Shown: positions 47,034 through 58,168, numbered from the stretch's first letter. The stretch is 64,000 nucleotides of DNA from an uncultured Bacilli bacterium (GCA_947629205.1 CANRCV010000002.1:5958-69957); one strand, 5' to 3'. Program-made: numbers and translations. The notes: generated by a model not told the origin, from the sequence alone.

Positions 47034-48572
47034 ATGGAAAAGTATGATGCCATAATTATTGGAGCAGGAAATGGTGGTTTAATGTCTACCTTAGAGTTAG
47101 CCAAATATGGAAAAAAAGTCTTACTACTAGAAAAAAGTAATAAACCAGGTGGGCTAGCTACGAGTTTTATACGAGGACGTTTTGAATTTGAAGCTTCTTT
47201 ATTTGGACTGAATAACTATGGAAATGAAGAACATCCAGGAGAACTCTACCATTTATTTAAAAAATTAGGTTTACAAGAAAAAGTAGATTTTGTAACGGTT
47301 AAGGAAGCCTATCACGTATATGCAATGGATGAAAATGTTGATTATACAATGCCTTTTGGAATTATGGAATATATGGAAAAAATGGAAGAATATGTTCCAG
47401 GAAGTCAAAATGCCTTAAAAAAATTTTTTGTTTTAGCAGAAGAATCAAAAGAAGCTTTAATCTATATTGAACAAAATAAAAATAAGTTAGATGCTAGTTA
47501 CTTAAAACGTAATTTTCCAGATTTTTTAAAAGTATCAACTCATACGGTAGATAAAGTTTTAGAAGCTATTAAAATGCCTAAAAGAGCGCAAGAAATTTTA
47601 ACATCTTGTTGGGTTTATTTTGGTAGTCCTACAGATAAATTAAGTTTTGTTCACTTTGCTGCTAGTTTCTTTTCTATGATTGCATATGGTTTAAAAATAC
47701 CTTATAAAAAAAGTGGAGAGTTAAGTTTACTTTTAGAAGAAGAAATACGAAAAAATGGTGGAGAAATAAAATATAATTCTATGGTAAAAGAAATTTTATT
47801 TAAAGATCGAAAAATAGCAGGTGTTCATTTAACTAATGGAGAGATTTATGAAACCAATCATCTTATTTGTAATATTTCACCTACTGTTGTGTTTGGTTCT
47901 TTACTACCAGAATCAATGGTACCTATAAATAGTAAAAAACTAGCCAATTCTAGAATTTTAGGAGGAAAAGGGTTTTCAATTTTCTTAGGATTAAATCAAA
48001 GTCCTAAAGATTTAGGATTAGAAAACTATAGTTATATTATTTGTGAAAGCTTAGATTCTCATAAAGAATATTTAAATAAAAGTTCTTTAAAAACATGTAG
48101 TAGTATGGCTTATGTATTAAATAATGCGATTCCATCTTGTTCTGCTAAAGGAACAACGATTTTAGAATTCAATTCTCCTTTAATGCAAGATACTTTTATA
48201 AAAAATGTGACGGAAAAAAATTATTTTGAACTAAAAAGTCGTATAGCAGAATCTATTATTGATGCTTTTGAAAAAACAACAAAAATATCTATTAAACCTT
48301 ATATTGAAGAAATAGAAATTGCTACTCCTATTACATATGCCAGATATACTGGACATCCTGATGGAAGTATTTATGGATACAAGGCAACAGGTATGGATAA
48401 TTTGCTTCCTCGAATGCTTAGTGAAGAAAAAGAAACTTTATTAGAAAACTTACGCTTTTGTGGATCTTTTTCTTCCACTTTAAGTGGATTTGGAGCAACT
48501 TATATGTCTGGACACTTAGCAGCTAAAGGGACTCTAAAAGATATAGAAAAGGAGGAAGAAACATGGAATTAG
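47034..48572 (+). CDS. NAD(P)/FAD-dependent oxidoreductase, phytoene-desaturase (CrtI) family
   Basis: YDAIIIGAGNGGL…LLLEKSNKPGG. Confidence 0.7.
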   Translation: MEKYDAIIIGAGNGGLMSTLELAKYGKKVLLLEKSNKPGGLATSFIRGRFEFEASLFGLNNYGNEEHPGELYHLFKKLGLQEKVDFVTVKEAYHVYAMDENVDYTMPFGIMEYMEKMEEYVPGSQNALKKFFVLAEESKEALIYIEQNKNKLDASYLKRNFPDFLKVSTHTVDKVLEAIKMPKRAQEILTSCWVYFGSPTDKLSFVHFAASFFSMIAYGLKIPYKKSGELSLLLEEEIRKNGGEIKYNSMVKEILFKDRKIAGVHLTNGEIYETNHLICNISPTVVFGSLLPESMVPINSKKLANSRILGGKGFSIFLGLNQSPKDLGLENYSYIICESLDSHKEYLNKSSLKTCSSMAYVLNNAIPSCSAKGTTILEFNSPLMQDTFIKNVTEKNYFELKSRIAESIIDAFEKTTKISIKPYIEEIEIATPITYARYTGHPDGSIYGYKATGMDNLLPRMLSEEKETLLENLRFCGSFSSTLSGFGATYMSGHLAAKGTLKDIEKEEETWN

Positions 48573-49720
48573 ATTTAAAAGGACTTAATAAAGATGCTTT
48601 AAAATTTAAAGAAATAGAAAAAAATAGAGAAAAAATTATTCATGGTTCATCAGCTAATGCTATACCAACGCAATTTAGAGCCAATGAACTTGCTCATTTG
48701 TTTCATCCTCAAAAACAATTTGTAAAAGTTTTAGATATCATAGAAGAAAATAAAAAGACAAAAACGTTTGTGCTTGTTCCAGATATTGATCAAAAAACAA
48801 AAAGACTTGCTTATTTTCAACCAGGTCAATGTATTAGTATTCAAGTATTTATAGAAGATGGTATTTATAAAAGACCATACTCTATTAGTTGTAGTCCTAA
48901 ACAAGTTTTAGATAATAATATGTATACCATTACCATTCAAAGAAAACCAAATGGAATTGTTTCAAACTATTTTCTAGATCATGTAAAAATAGATGATAAA
49001 TTTGAAATTAGTGGTCCATTTGGTGAATTTACGTATGAACCATTAAGAGATGCTAAAAACATCATTGCTATTGTTGGAGAAAGTGGTATTACTCCTATTT
49101 TATCTATGGCAGAAGCCATTTATGATGGCATTTTAAATTGTAAGTTAACTATTCTTTATGGAGTAGAAAAAGAAGAAAATATTTTGTTTTATAAAAGATT
49201 AGAAGAATTAAAAAATAAATGTCATTTTATACAAGTAGAATATTTAGTGAGTGATGAATCAAAATCTTATTATGAACAATTTTCTAAAGATTTAATCGAT
49301 CCTTATTTAGAAAATGAAAACTCCTTTTTTGTAAGTGGACCTCTTGAAATGTATGACTATGTAAATACTTTATTAAAAGATTATCACTTACCTAAAAAAT
49401 ATATTCGTCATGATGCTTTTTTTGGAACCGTTGATATTCGTGGAAATGATTTATATCAAGTAACAGTAGTAATAAAAGAAAAAGAAATAACTATACCATG
49501 TCGTGCTCGTGAAACACTTTTATGTGCTATGGAAAAACATGGTATTACAACCCAAAGTCATTGCCATGTAGGAGAATGTGGTTATTGTCGTAGTAAATTA
49601 ATAGAAGGAACAGTAAAAACGTTTAATGATTCGATTCGAGCTAGTGATAAAGAATTTAAATATATTCATCCTTGTAGTTCTTTTCCTGAAAGTGATGTTA
49701 CAATTGAATTACCTTTTTAA
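48563..49720 (+). CDS. ferredoxin-reductase-type FAD/NAD-binding protein with C-terminal 2Fe-2S ferredoxin domain
   Basis: RPYSIS, GESGITPILS, CHVGECGYCRSKL. Confidence 0.75.
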   Translation: MELDLKGLNKDALKFKEIEKNREKIIHGSSANAIPTQFRANELAHLFHPQKQFVKVLDIIEENKKTKTFVLVPDIDQKTKRLAYFQPGQCISIQVFIEDGIYKRPYSISCSPKQVLDNNMYTITIQRKPNGIVSNYFLDHVKIDDKFEISGPFGEFTYEPLRDAKNIIAIVGESGITPILSMAEAIYDGILNCKLTILYGVEKEENILFYKRLEELKNKCHFIQVEYLVSDESKSYYEQFSKDLIDPYLENENSFFVSGPLEMYDYVNTLLKDYHLPKKYIRHDAFFGTVDIRGNDLYQVTVVIKEKEITIPCRARETLLCAMEKHGITTQSHCHVGECGYCRSKLIEGTVKTFNDSIRASDKEFKYIHPCSSFPESDVTIELPF

Positions 49721-49909
49721 ATAGAAGATAAAAATTTAGTGCAAAAAACTAAATTTTTTTCATTTTTTTTAAAAAATTTACTCCAAAAAAAAGGAAATTA
49801 CAAATTTACGGTGTATATATATTAGTAGAGGGAAGTATTTTTTAGTACTTCTTTTAAATTGCACAAGAACAGGAGGTGAAACGCTATAGTTGCAACAAAA
49901 GAAAACCAA

Positions 49910-50749
49910 TTGGATATACCTAATTTTATGAATGATGCTTTGTTTAAGGTGATTATGACATCTAAGCAAACAAGAGCATTTGCAGTGGAAATCGTGCATG
50001 CTTTAACAGGATTTGATAAAGATTTACTTCGAAAAGCAACATATATTGGTGGAGAAGAAATCAATAAAAAACATTTGCAAGAAAAAAGACAAGCCACTGA
50101 TGTAACCATCACTTTAAATAATGAACAAAAAATTATAGTGGAAATGAATCAATGTGATACAGGTACTATATTTGAAAAAAATGCACTATATTTAATGAGT
50201 CGTATTGTAGAGAATACGAAAAGTGGAAAAAATAGTGTATATCCAAAGTATATCTTAATCAATATTGATAACTTTAATAAATTTGAAACAAAGGAACCAA
50301 TTGTCATATTTCAAGTACGGGATAAAGGAGGAAATGTTGAACACAACATATACACCTCAATCCATTTAATTCTTGAAAATTGTAAAGATAATACTTATAA
50401 TATACCTAAGGAAGTAAAAAAATTCGCAAGACTGATTCATGGGAAAAGAAAGATAGAAAAGTTAGAAAGCGAATATGAAAAAGATACAACCTATAGGGAA
50501 GTGGTAAGGAAGGTGAAAGAATTAAGTATGAATCCAGAATTTTTAGGATATTATGATGTAGAAGAGAAACATAAAGAAGAGATAAAAGATGCAGAGGCAA
50601 CTGGAATAAAAAAAGGTGCACATAATACAGCTATTTCTACAGTTAAGAATTTGCTTAAGTTAAATGTTTTAACAAATGAACAAATAGCGAATTCAACTGG
50701 TTTATCTCTAAACGAAATAAATAAACTAAAAGAAGAAATGCAAAAATAA
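49910..50749 (+). CDS. Rpn-family / PD-(D/E)XK nuclease family putative transposase (second copy; start uncertain)
   Basis: NDALFKVIM N-terminus, ATDVTITLNNEQKIIVEMNQ core, C-terminal TGLSLNEINKLKEE; TTG start or ATG at 49928. Confidence 0.6.
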   Translation: MDIPNFMNDALFKVIMTSKQTRAFAVEIVHALTGFDKDLLRKATYIGGEEINKKHLQEKRQATDVTITLNNEQKIIVEMNQCDTGTIFEKNALYLMSRIVENTKSGKNSVYPKYILINIDNFNKFETKEPIVIFQVRDKGGNVEHNIYTSIHLILENCKDNTYNIPKEVKKFARLIHGKRKIEKLESEYEKDTTYREVVRKVKELSMNPEFLGYYDVEEKHKEEIKDAEATGIKKGAHNTAISTVKNLLKLNVLTNEQIANSTGLSLNEINKLKEEMQK

Positions 50750-50859
50750 ATTTCTTCTTTTTCTATGTTTATTTTTATAACTAAAAAAGAAATAGTTGTA
50801 AAATGCAATAAGTCATGATATTATATAAATATAACTATAGGAAACATATGCAATAAATA

Positions 50860-51300
50860 TTAAATATTTGTTTTAATGATTTTATCAACAGATTCATTAA
50901 ATAGATAAGCAATTTTGCATAGGTTATTTGTAGATATTTTAATTAACCCCTTTTCATATTTGGACAAGCAAGCTTGAGAAACATTTATATTCTTTGCAAG
51001 TTCTTTTTGAGTCACCTTATTTATTTGGCGTAATTTATAAATATTTTTTCCAATAAGAGTGTAGTTGATTTTAGAAATAGACTTGTAATCATCATTTTGT
51101 CTTGTGTTTGTAAGTCCAAATATGTAATCGAAACTAATATTAAAATAATTAATAAAAATATTTAATTTATCAAGAGTCATTATTTTTATATTATTTTCAA
51201 TATTAGCATAATAAGGTCTACTTATTTTTAAAATCTTTGCCATTTTTTCTTGTGAAAGATCTTTATCTTCTCTAATTTCTTTAATTCGATTAAGATTCAT
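50860..51300 (-). CDS. XRE-family regulator with two HTH domains
   Basis: LSQEKMAKILKISRPYYANIEN and VTQKELAKNINVSQACLSKYEKG; divergent from paralog P4. Confidence 0.8.
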   Translation of the reverse strand: MNLNRIKEIREDKDLSQEKMAKILKISRPYYANIENNIKIMTLDKLNIFINYFNISFDYIFGLTNTRQNDDYKSISKINYTLIGKNIYKLRQINKVTQKELAKNINVSQACLSKYEKGLIKISTNNLCKIAYLFNESVDKIIKTNI

Positions 51301-51413
51301 AATTATCACCATAGTTTTATTAAATCATTAATGCTGTTTTTATGCGTTTCTATGTTCCTAATAGTTATATTTTCTTGCAATAAATTAGAAATTATTTTGA
51401 AAAGAGGTATAGC

Positions 51414-52916
51414 ATGAAACTACAAAAATTTATTAAAAATAAGAAACAAAAACAAATTTTAATTGGAACAATTATAGGAATTGTAGTACTTATTGGTGGT
51501 ATTACACTATATCATACTTTTGCTATGTATAAAGAAGAAAAAACTTATAATGTTATAAAAGGAAAAGTACCAGATTTTAGAAATTGTTTAACATTAGGAG
51601 GAGCAACACCAGTTATAAAAGAAGGATTAGTACCAGTAACAATAAGCAATCAAGGAGTAGTTACCAAAGTAAATGAACAATCAAAAGACTGGTATAACTA
51701 TTGTGATAAAGAGTGGGCGAATGCTGTTATCTTAAAAGAAGGAGTAAAAACTCCAGAAGATAATGAAGAAATAAATGAAAATGATATAGAAAGTTATTTT
51801 GTATGGATACCAAAGTATCGATACAAAATATTCAATATGGAAAAATATACAGATGCAAATGGATCATTAAATGAGAATGCAGCTCAAACAATAGAAATAG
51901 AATTTGGAATTACTGATACACAAGATGGAAAAGAAAATGAATGTACAACACCAAATAAAAGTGGAGCAGATGGGAATTGTCATAAAGATTACTGGATGAC
52001 ACATCCAGCATTCACAGCATTTAAAGATTCAAAAGGAATGTGGGTAGGAAAGTTTGAAACGGGATATAAAGATGCAACAAGTACAACAGAAGCCGAACAA
52101 CATAATGAAATAGCAACAAATAAAGTTATTATTAAACCGAATGTGTATAGTTGGAGAAAGATAACAGTAAAAAATATGTTTGACACCAGTTATAATTATC
52201 AAAGAAACTTAGATAGTCATATGATGAAAAATACGGAGTGGGGAGCAGTAGCTTACTTACAACATAGTAAATATGGTAGTGGAGAAAGTGTAAGAATCAA
52301 TAATAATAGTGCATATGTAACTGGATATGCAGCCAAAGAAGAACCTACGACTGGAAGTGGTTCTTACAATAATTATGAAACTCCAACTGGGGGGTTAGGT
52401 ACTGATGGAACATATACAATAAATTACAAAAATCCAGCAAGTCAAGTTGCAAGTACCACAAATAATTATACTGGAATATATGATATGAGTGGTGGATCAT
52501 GGGAATATGTTATGGGAGTAATAAAAGGAGAAAGTGATAGTGGTTATACATTTGGTTCAAGTGGATTTAGTACTAGTACTTTCCCTTTTAAAACTGGAGA
52601 AGAAAAATCACAATATTACGATGTTTATGATTATAATACAAGTGAAACAACTTATAATAGAAGAATTTTAGGGGATGCTACAGGGGAGATGGGGCCATTT
52701 GGGCAAAAACAATATAGTTCACAAACAAGAAATATTTCCTCTTGGTATGATGATGAGGCTTGGTTTGCTGTATCAACTGGCCCTTGGTTCTATCGTGGTG
52801 GACCTTTTAATCGTGGTACGGGCTCTGGTATCTATGCATTAACTCGTCCCACTGGTGGAGTGGATGTCTATGGTGGTTTCCGTATCGTTCTTGCTCCAAC
52901 GAATGAGAACGAGTAA
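51414..52916 (+). CDS. FGE-sulfatase-like domain membrane-anchored protein, paralog P4
   Basis: Same N-terminus as P3/P5, same C-terminal motifs (NNYTGIYDMSGGSWEYVMG…GFRIVLAP). Confidence 0.7.
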   Translation: MKLQKFIKNKKQKQILIGTIIGIVVLIGGITLYHTFAMYKEEKTYNVIKGKVPDFRNCLTLGGATPVIKEGLVPVTISNQGVVTKVNEQSKDWYNYCDKEWANAVILKEGVKTPEDNEEINENDIESYFVWIPKYRYKIFNMEKYTDANGSLNENAAQTIEIEFGITDTQDGKENECTTPNKSGADGNCHKDYWMTHPAFTAFKDSKGMWVGKFETGYKDATSTTEAEQHNEIATNKVIIKPNVYSWRKITVKNMFDTSYNYQRNLDSHMMKNTEWGAVAYLQHSKYGSGESVRINNNSAYVTGYAAKEEPTTGSGSYNNYETPTGGLGTDGTYTINYKNPASQVASTTNNYTGIYDMSGGSWEYVMGVIKGESDSGYTFGSSGFSTSTFPFKTGEEKSQYYDVYDYNTSETTYNRRILGDATGEMGPFGQKQYSSQTRNISSWYDDEAWFAVSTGPWFYRGGPFNRGTGSGIYALTRPTGGVDVYGGFRIVLAPTNENE

Positions 52917-52995
52917 ACAAACAAACAAATTAAAAATCCTTTAATTTAGGCTTTTCTTTTTAAAATACTTGTGCTAAAATACAAATAACAGATTT

Positions 52996-53024
52996 AAGTG
53001 GGCAGAAATTTCCCACTTTTATTA
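52996..53024 (+). terminator. hairpin + T-run between P4 and rimP (P4 terminator or rimP-nusA leader attenuator)
   Basis: aagtggg-cagaaattt-cccactt + TTTATTATT; a possible extended -10 TGCTAAAAT lies just upstream. Confidence 0.45.
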
Positions 53025-53043
53025 TTGATTTTGTGAGGTGAAT

Positions 53044-53310
53044 ATGGAAAATATTTTAAAAAGAATCAGAGAAGAAATTGAAAAAGAATTAAAAAAGAAA
53101 GACATTATGGTGGATTCTATTGAGTTTGTGAAAGAAGGAAAATATTCTTTTTTAAGAATTGTTCTTGATAAAGTAAATGGTATTGATTTAGATACTATCG
53201 TAGATGCAACAAATTTAATTAATCCAATCCTTGATAAATTAGATTTAATCGAGGAAGAATATATTCTTGATGTATTAAGTAAAGAAAGAGGGAATGAAAA
53301 TGAATGCTAA
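53044..53310 (+). CDS. rimP: ribosome maturation factor RimP, N-terminal domain only
   Basis: Position before nusA; FLRIVLDK…IDLDTIVDATNLINPILD…YILDV matches the RimP N-domain; only about 88 aa. Confidence 0.6.
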   Translation: MENILKRIREEIEKELKKKDIMVDSIEFVKEGKYSFLRIVLDKVNGIDLDTIVDATNLINPILDKLDLIEEEYILDVLSKERGNENEC

Positions 53311-54418
53311 AGAATTTTTAAAAGCACTAGATCATATTGTAGAAGAAAAAAATATTAGTCGTGAGGTCGTATTAGAAGCAATGGAACTTGCTCTTGCTAC
53401 TGCCTATAAAAAGAATTTTGATTCTAAAACCAATGTAAGAGTAGATATTAATCCAGATACGGGAGAAATTAAAGTTATTTCTTATTATGTGGTTGTGGAT
53501 GAATATGATGAAGGAACAGAAACAACAGATGAAGAGGGAAATATTGTTCATATTCCACCAACGATTAATGAAGATGCCCAAATCCTTTTAGAAGATGCCC
53601 AAGAGCTTGTGCCTGGAATTAAAGTAGGAGAAACGATTGAAAAAGAGGTAACTCCAAAAGATTTTGGACGTGTTGCTACCTCTACAGCAAAGCAAGTGGT
53701 GAACCAAAAGATTCGTGAAGCAGAGAGAAATAGTATTATCGCTGAATTTGAAGGAAAAGAAGGCGAAATGATGGTAGGAATGCTTGCTATGGAAGATGCC
53801 AAAAATTATTATATTGATTTAGGTAGAACTAGAGGTATTTTACCAAAAAGTGAAATGATTCCAGATGAGGTTGTAACAATGGGTTCTAGTATTAAAGTTT
53901 ATATTACGAAAGTAGAAGCAACAACAAAAGGACCACTTATTTTACTTTCAAGAAAACATTATGGCTTTGTTCGTCGTTTATTTGAAACCGAAATACCAGA
54001 ACTTGCAGATGGAACGATTCAACTTTATGCTTGTGTTCGAGAAGCTGGTATTCGTAGTAAAGTAGCTGTTTATTCAACTAATGAAAAAGTAGATCCAATT
54101 GGAGCTTGTATTGGAGAAAGAGGAAGTAGAATTGCAAATATCTTAAAAGAATTAAATGGAGAACGTGTTGATTTAGTTTTATATAGTGAAGATCCAGAAG
54201 AATTTATTAAAAATGCTTTAAGTCCTGCAAAAGATGTTATAGTAAATATTACAGATCCAGAAAAAAAGGAAGCTTTAGCTATTGTAAATGAAGAGAATTT
54301 AAGTTTAGCCATTGGTAAAAAAGGAAGCAATATTAAGCTTGCTAGTCGTCTTACCAAATATAAAATTGAGGTAAAAACAATGGCTCAAATTAATGAAGAG
54401 GGAAATAAAGCAGAATAA
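53294..54418 (+). CDS. nusA: transcription termination/antitermination factor NusA
   Basis: S1 + two KH domains, conserved operon context. Confidence 0.9.
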   Translation: MKMNAKEFLKALDHIVEEKNISREVVLEAMELALATAYKKNFDSKTNVRVDINPDTGEIKVISYYVVVDEYDEGTETTDEEGNIVHIPPTINEDAQILLEDAQELVPGIKVGETIEKEVTPKDFGRVATSTAKQVVNQKIREAERNSIIAEFEGKEGEMMVGMLAMEDAKNYYIDLGRTRGILPKSEMIPDEVVTMGSSIKVYITKVEATTKGPLILLSRKHYGFVRRLFETEIPELADGTIQLYACVREAGIRSKVAVYSTNEKVDPIGACIGERGSRIANILKELNGERVDLVLYSEDPEEFIKNALSPAKDVIVNITDPEKKEALAIVNEENLSLAIGKKGSNIKLASRLTKYKIEVKTMAQINEEGNKAE

Positions 54419-54431
54419 AGGATGTGATTTT

Positions 54432-54710
54432 TTGAAACAAAGAAAAATACCTTTAAGAATGTGTGTTGTAACGAAAGAACGTTTAGAAAAAAAAGACTTA
54501 ATCCGTATTGTAAGAACACCAGAAGGACTTGTTGAAATTGATTTAACGGGCAAAAAGAATGGAAAAGGTGCTTATGTAAAAAGGAATTTAGAAGTCATAA
54601 AAAAAGCAATGCAAAATAAAATAATAGATAGAGCCTTGGAAATAGAAATACCAACATCTATTTATGAAGAAATATGTAGAATACTAGAAAAGGATGGTGA
54701 AGAAAAATGA
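54432..54710 (+). CDS. rnpM: YlxR/RnpM (DUF448) RNA-binding protein
   Basis: KIPLRMCVVTKE…GKGAYV signature; TTG start chosen after the nusA stop. Confidence 0.75.
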   Translation: MKQRKIPLRMCVVTKERLEKKDLIRIVRTPEGLVEIDLTGKKNGKGAYVKRNLEVIKKAMQNKIIDRALEIEIPTSIYEEICRILEKDGEEK

Positions 54711-56821
54711 TGAATGTTAAGGAATATGCGGAAAGTGTAGATTTATCTGTTGCTGAAGTTCTTAAAAAAGCTCAAGAAATTGGAATAGAGGTTAAAAATG
54801 CCAGTGATGAGTTAAGTGAAGATGATGTCATAATACTTGATAATGCCATTAGTTTAATTAGCACCGATACAGAAGCTACTTTAGAAGATAATGATGATAT
54901 TGATGAAGTTGTCGAAGAAATCATGGAAAGTAGTAAAATTGCTTTAATGAATGATGGTGAAAAGAAACAAAAATTAAAGAAAAAAAGTCAAATGAATAAT
55001 AATCAAGAAGAATATATGACACAAAGAAAAGAAATGTATAAACATAAAGAAAAATTAATGACTAATTCTGTTGATGAAAATGTTATTGTCTACAAAGAAA
55101 ATATGACAGTTAATGATTTAGCACAAGCTTTAGAGGTAAGTGCCAATGATTTAATTAAAAAATTAATGGGACTTGGTTTAATGGTGAGTTTAAATCAATC
55201 AATTGATTTTGAAAATGCTTCTTTAATAGCTATGGAATATAATAAAACTCTTAAAAATGAAGAAACTCAAGATATTTCTAATTTTGAAGAGTATGAGATT
55301 AGTGATAATGATGAAGATTTAGTACCTCGTCCACCTGTTGTGACCATTATGGGACATGTTGATCATGGAAAAACCTCTCTTTTGGATTATATAAGACACT
55401 CTAAAGTTACAGAAACAGAGTTTGGAGGAATTACGCAACATATTGGAGCTTACCAAGTAGAACATCAAGGAAGCAAAATTACGTTTATTGATACTCCTGG
55501 ACATGCAGCATTTACGGAAATGCGTGCTAGAGGTGCAAGTGTAACCGATATCGTTATTATCATTGTTGCTGCTGATGATGGGGTTATGCCTCAAACGAAA
55601 GAAGCCATTGACCATGCCAAAGCGGCCAATGTTCCTATTATTGTTGCTGTCAATAAAATAGATAAACCAGAAGCCAATAAAGAAAGAATTCGTCAAGAAA
55701 TGAGTGAAGCTGGTATTACACCAGAAGAATGGGGTGGAGAATATCCATTTGTAGATATTTCTGCTAAAACAGGAGAAGGAATTGATTTACTTTTAGAAAC
55801 AATTCAAACCATTAGTGAGGTAAGCGTTTTAAAAGCCAATCCAAATCGTTATGCTATTGGGTCTGTTATTGAAAGTAGAATGGATAAAAATATTGGTGGA
55901 GTTGCTTCCCTTTTAATTCAAAATGGTACATTACGTTTAGGAGATCCAGTTGTTGTAGGTACTTGTTTTGGTAAAATTCGTACTATGAAAAATGATTTAG
56001 GAGAATCCATTGTTAGTGCAGGACCCTCTACACCAGTAGAAATTACTGGATTAAGTGGGAATCCAAGTGCAGGAGATCGTTTTATGGCTTTTGAAACAGA
56101 AAGTGAAGCAAAAAGTGTAGCAAGTAAAAGAGAAGCTGCTAAGAAAAATAGCAAAACGAATACAACCTCCCTTAGTTTAGATGATTTATTTAATAAAATT
56201 AATGAAGGTCAAAAAGAAATTAATGTCGTTTTAAAAGCAGATGTAAGAGGGAGCGAAGAAGCCGTACGAAATGCTTTAGAAAAAATAGATGTGGAAGGGG
56301 TAAAAGTTAAAGTTATTCGTAGTGGTATTGGAACGATTACGGAAAGTGATGTCGTACTTGCAAACGCATCAAATGCCATCATTATTGGATTTAACGTTAG
56401 TCCAAGTGGAATAACAAAAGAAATCGCTAAAGAATACAATGTAGATATCCGTCTTTATACTATTATTTATAAAGTCGTAGAAGAAATGGAACTGGCTATG
56501 AAAGGAATGCTAGATCCTGAATTTGAAGAAAAAGAATTAGGTACAGCAGAAATTCGTAAAATATTTAAATTTTCAAAAGTGGGAAATATTGCTGGAACGT
56601 ATGTAACAGATGGAATGATTAAAAATGGAAGCCTTGCTAGACTTATACGTGATGGTATAGTTGTTTATGAAGGAAAAATTGCTAGTGTTCAAAGAGAAAA
56701 AGATGTTGTAAAAGAGGTTAAAAAAGGTTTTGAATGTGGAATTACTTTAGAAAACTTTAGTGATATTAAAGAAGGAGATACTATTGTTTCTTATGAAATG
56801 GTAGAAATAAAAAGAGTATGA
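54707..56821 (+). CDS. infB: translation initiation factor IF-2
   Basis: [21 protein letters not shown] GTPase motifs. Confidence 0.95.
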   Translation: MMNVKEYAESVDLSVAEVLKKAQEIGIEVKNASDELSEDDVIILDNAISLISTDTEATLEDNDDIDEVVEEIMESSKIALMNDGEKKQKLKKKSQMNNNQEEYMTQRKEMYKHKEKLMTNSVDENVIVYKENMTVNDLAQALEVSANDLIKKLMGLGLMVSLNQSIDFENASLIAMEYNKTLKNEETQDISNFEEYEISDNDEDLVPRPPVVTIMGHVDHGKTSLLDYIRHSKVTETEFGGITQHIGAYQVEHQGSKITFIDTPGHAAFTEMRARGASVTDIVIIIVAADDGVMPQTKEAIDHAKAANVPIIVAVNKIDKPEANKERIRQEMSEAGITPEEWGGEYPFVDISAKTGEGIDLLLETIQTISEVSVLKANPNRYAIGSVIESRMDKNIGGVASLLIQNGTLRLGDPVVVGTCFGKIRTMKNDLGESIVSAGPSTPVEITGLSGNPSAGDRFMAFETESEAKSVASKREAAKKNSKTNTTSLSLDDLFNKINEGQKEINVVLKADVRGSEEAVRNALEKIDVEGVKVKVIRSGIGTITESDVVLANASNAIIIGFNVSPSGITKEIAKEYNVDIRLYTIIYKVVEEMELAMKGMLDPEFEEKELGTAEIRKIFKFSKVGNIAGTYVTDGMIKNGSLARLIRDGIVVYEGKIASVQREKDVVKEVKKGFECGITLENFSDIKEGDTIVSYEMVEIKRV

Positions 56822-57165
56822 GTATTAAAACAAAACGAATTGGATCTGATATGGCTAAAGTAATTAGTAATATTTTATTAGAAGAAGCAAGAGATACCTT
56901 ATTAAAACAAATTACCATAACAGCAGTAGAGGTAACAAATGATTTATCCTTCGCAAAAGTATATTTTACGAGTTTAAATACAACCATGTCTCATCAACAA
57001 CTAGAAAAAGAAATGGAAGAAGCTCAACCTTTTATTCGTAAGTTAGTAGCAGAAAAAATGGATTTACGAAATACGCCCAAATTAAAATTTTTATACGATG
57101 AATCGATTGATTATGCATCTCATATAGAAGAGGTTATTGAAAAAATACACGAAAACGAAAATTAG
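56818..57165 (+). CDS. rbfA: ribosome-binding factor A
   Basis: Size, position and ITITAVEVTNDLSFAKVYF motif. Confidence 0.85.
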   Translation: MSIKTKRIGSDMAKVISNILLEEARDTLLKQITITAVEVTNDLSFAKVYFTSLNTTMSHQQLEKEMEEAQPFIRKLVAEKMDLRNTPKLKFLYDESIDYASHIEEVIEKIHENEN

Positions 57166-57173
57166 GAGATTCT

Positions 57174-58013
57174 ATGAATGGAATTGTAGTTGTAAATAAA
57201 GAAAAAGGGTATACAAGTCGAGATGTGGTAAACGTCTTAAATCAAGTGTATCATACAAAAAAAATTGGTCATACAGGGACACTTGATCCTATAGCAACGG
57301 GTGTTTTAGTGGTTTGTATAGGAAAGTATACAAAATTAGTTTCTCATCTTACAAGTTATGAAAAAGAGTATGTGGCAACAATTCAGTTAGGAGTTTGTAC
57401 AGATACGTTAGATACAATGGGTACGATTTTAAAACAAGAAAACCCAAGAGTCTTAACGGAAGAAGAAATTCGTAAGGTTCTAAACTCTTTTTTAGGAAAA
57501 AGTATGCAAGAAGTTCCTAAGTATGCTGCCGTTAAAATAAAGGGGAAAAAATTATATGAATATGCAAGAGAACATATCGAAGTAGAACTTCCCAAAAGAG
57601 AAATAGAAATTAAAAAAATTACTTTATTAAATTACGAAGAAAATACAATCACGTTTTCTTGTACTGTATCAAAAGGAACGTACATAAGAAGTCTTATTAA
57701 AGATATATGTGAAAAACTAGGTGTTTTAGGAACAATGTCTAGTTTAGTTAGAACCAAACAAGGAAACTTTCGAATAGAAGAAAGTTATACATTAGAAGAT
57801 ATAAAAAAAGAAACAATACATCCCCTACAATTAGAAGATATCTTTTCCTATCCCATTTATTCCTTAACGGATAGTGAATACAAAAAAGTAAAAAATGGAA
57901 ACTCTTTAGAATTAAAGGAGACGAGTCCTTATGTACTTCTTGCTTATCAAAAAAATGTTATGGCTCTTTATGAAAAGAAAGATACTTTTTATAAGCCAAT
58001 TCTAGTACTATAA
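57174..58013 (+). CDS. truB: tRNA pseudouridine(55) synthase TruB
   Basis: GHTGTLDPIATGVL catalytic motif. Confidence 0.9.
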   Translation: MNGIVVVNKEKGYTSRDVVNVLNQVYHTKKIGHTGTLDPIATGVLVVCIGKYTKLVSHLTSYEKEYVATIQLGVCTDTLDTMGTILKQENPRVLTEEEIRKVLNSFLGKSMQEVPKYAAVKIKGKKLYEYAREHIEVELPKREIEIKKITLLNYEENTITFSCTVSKGTYIRSLIKDICEKLGVLGTMSSLVRTKQGNFRIEESYTLEDIKKETIHPLQLEDIFSYPIYSLTDSEYKKVKNGNSLELKETSPYVLLAYQKNVMALYEKKDTFYKPILVL

Positions 58014-58065
58014 AGTAAAAAGCAAGTGTTAAAATGAATAAAATTTCTTTTTAATCTTGCTTTTA

Positions 58066-58091
58066 ATTTTGTAAATTACATTTTACAAAAT
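58066..58091. promoter_or_regulatory. operator-like palindrome 1 upstream of the DUF4143 ATPase
   Basis: ATTTTGTAAA-ttacat-TTTACAAAAT (10-bp arms). Confidence 0.5.
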
Positions 58092-58104
58092 TGTCTATTT
58101 TAGT

Positions 58105-58132
58105 ATTTTTGTAAATTGTAATTTACAAAAAT
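58105..58132. promoter_or_regulatory. operator-like palindrome 2 upstream of the DUF4143 ATPase
   Basis: ATTTTTGTAAATT-gt-AATTTACAAAAAT (perfect 13-bp arms). Confidence 0.55.
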
Positions 58133-58168
58133 AAAGCTATTTGCTATACTATTTATGGAGGGATATGT

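Noticed and set aside
55319-56439. Minus-strand ORFs inside infB (and similar ones inside nusA, truB, pnp, copA)
   Set aside because: They are antisense to highly conserved housekeeping genes and have no independent support.
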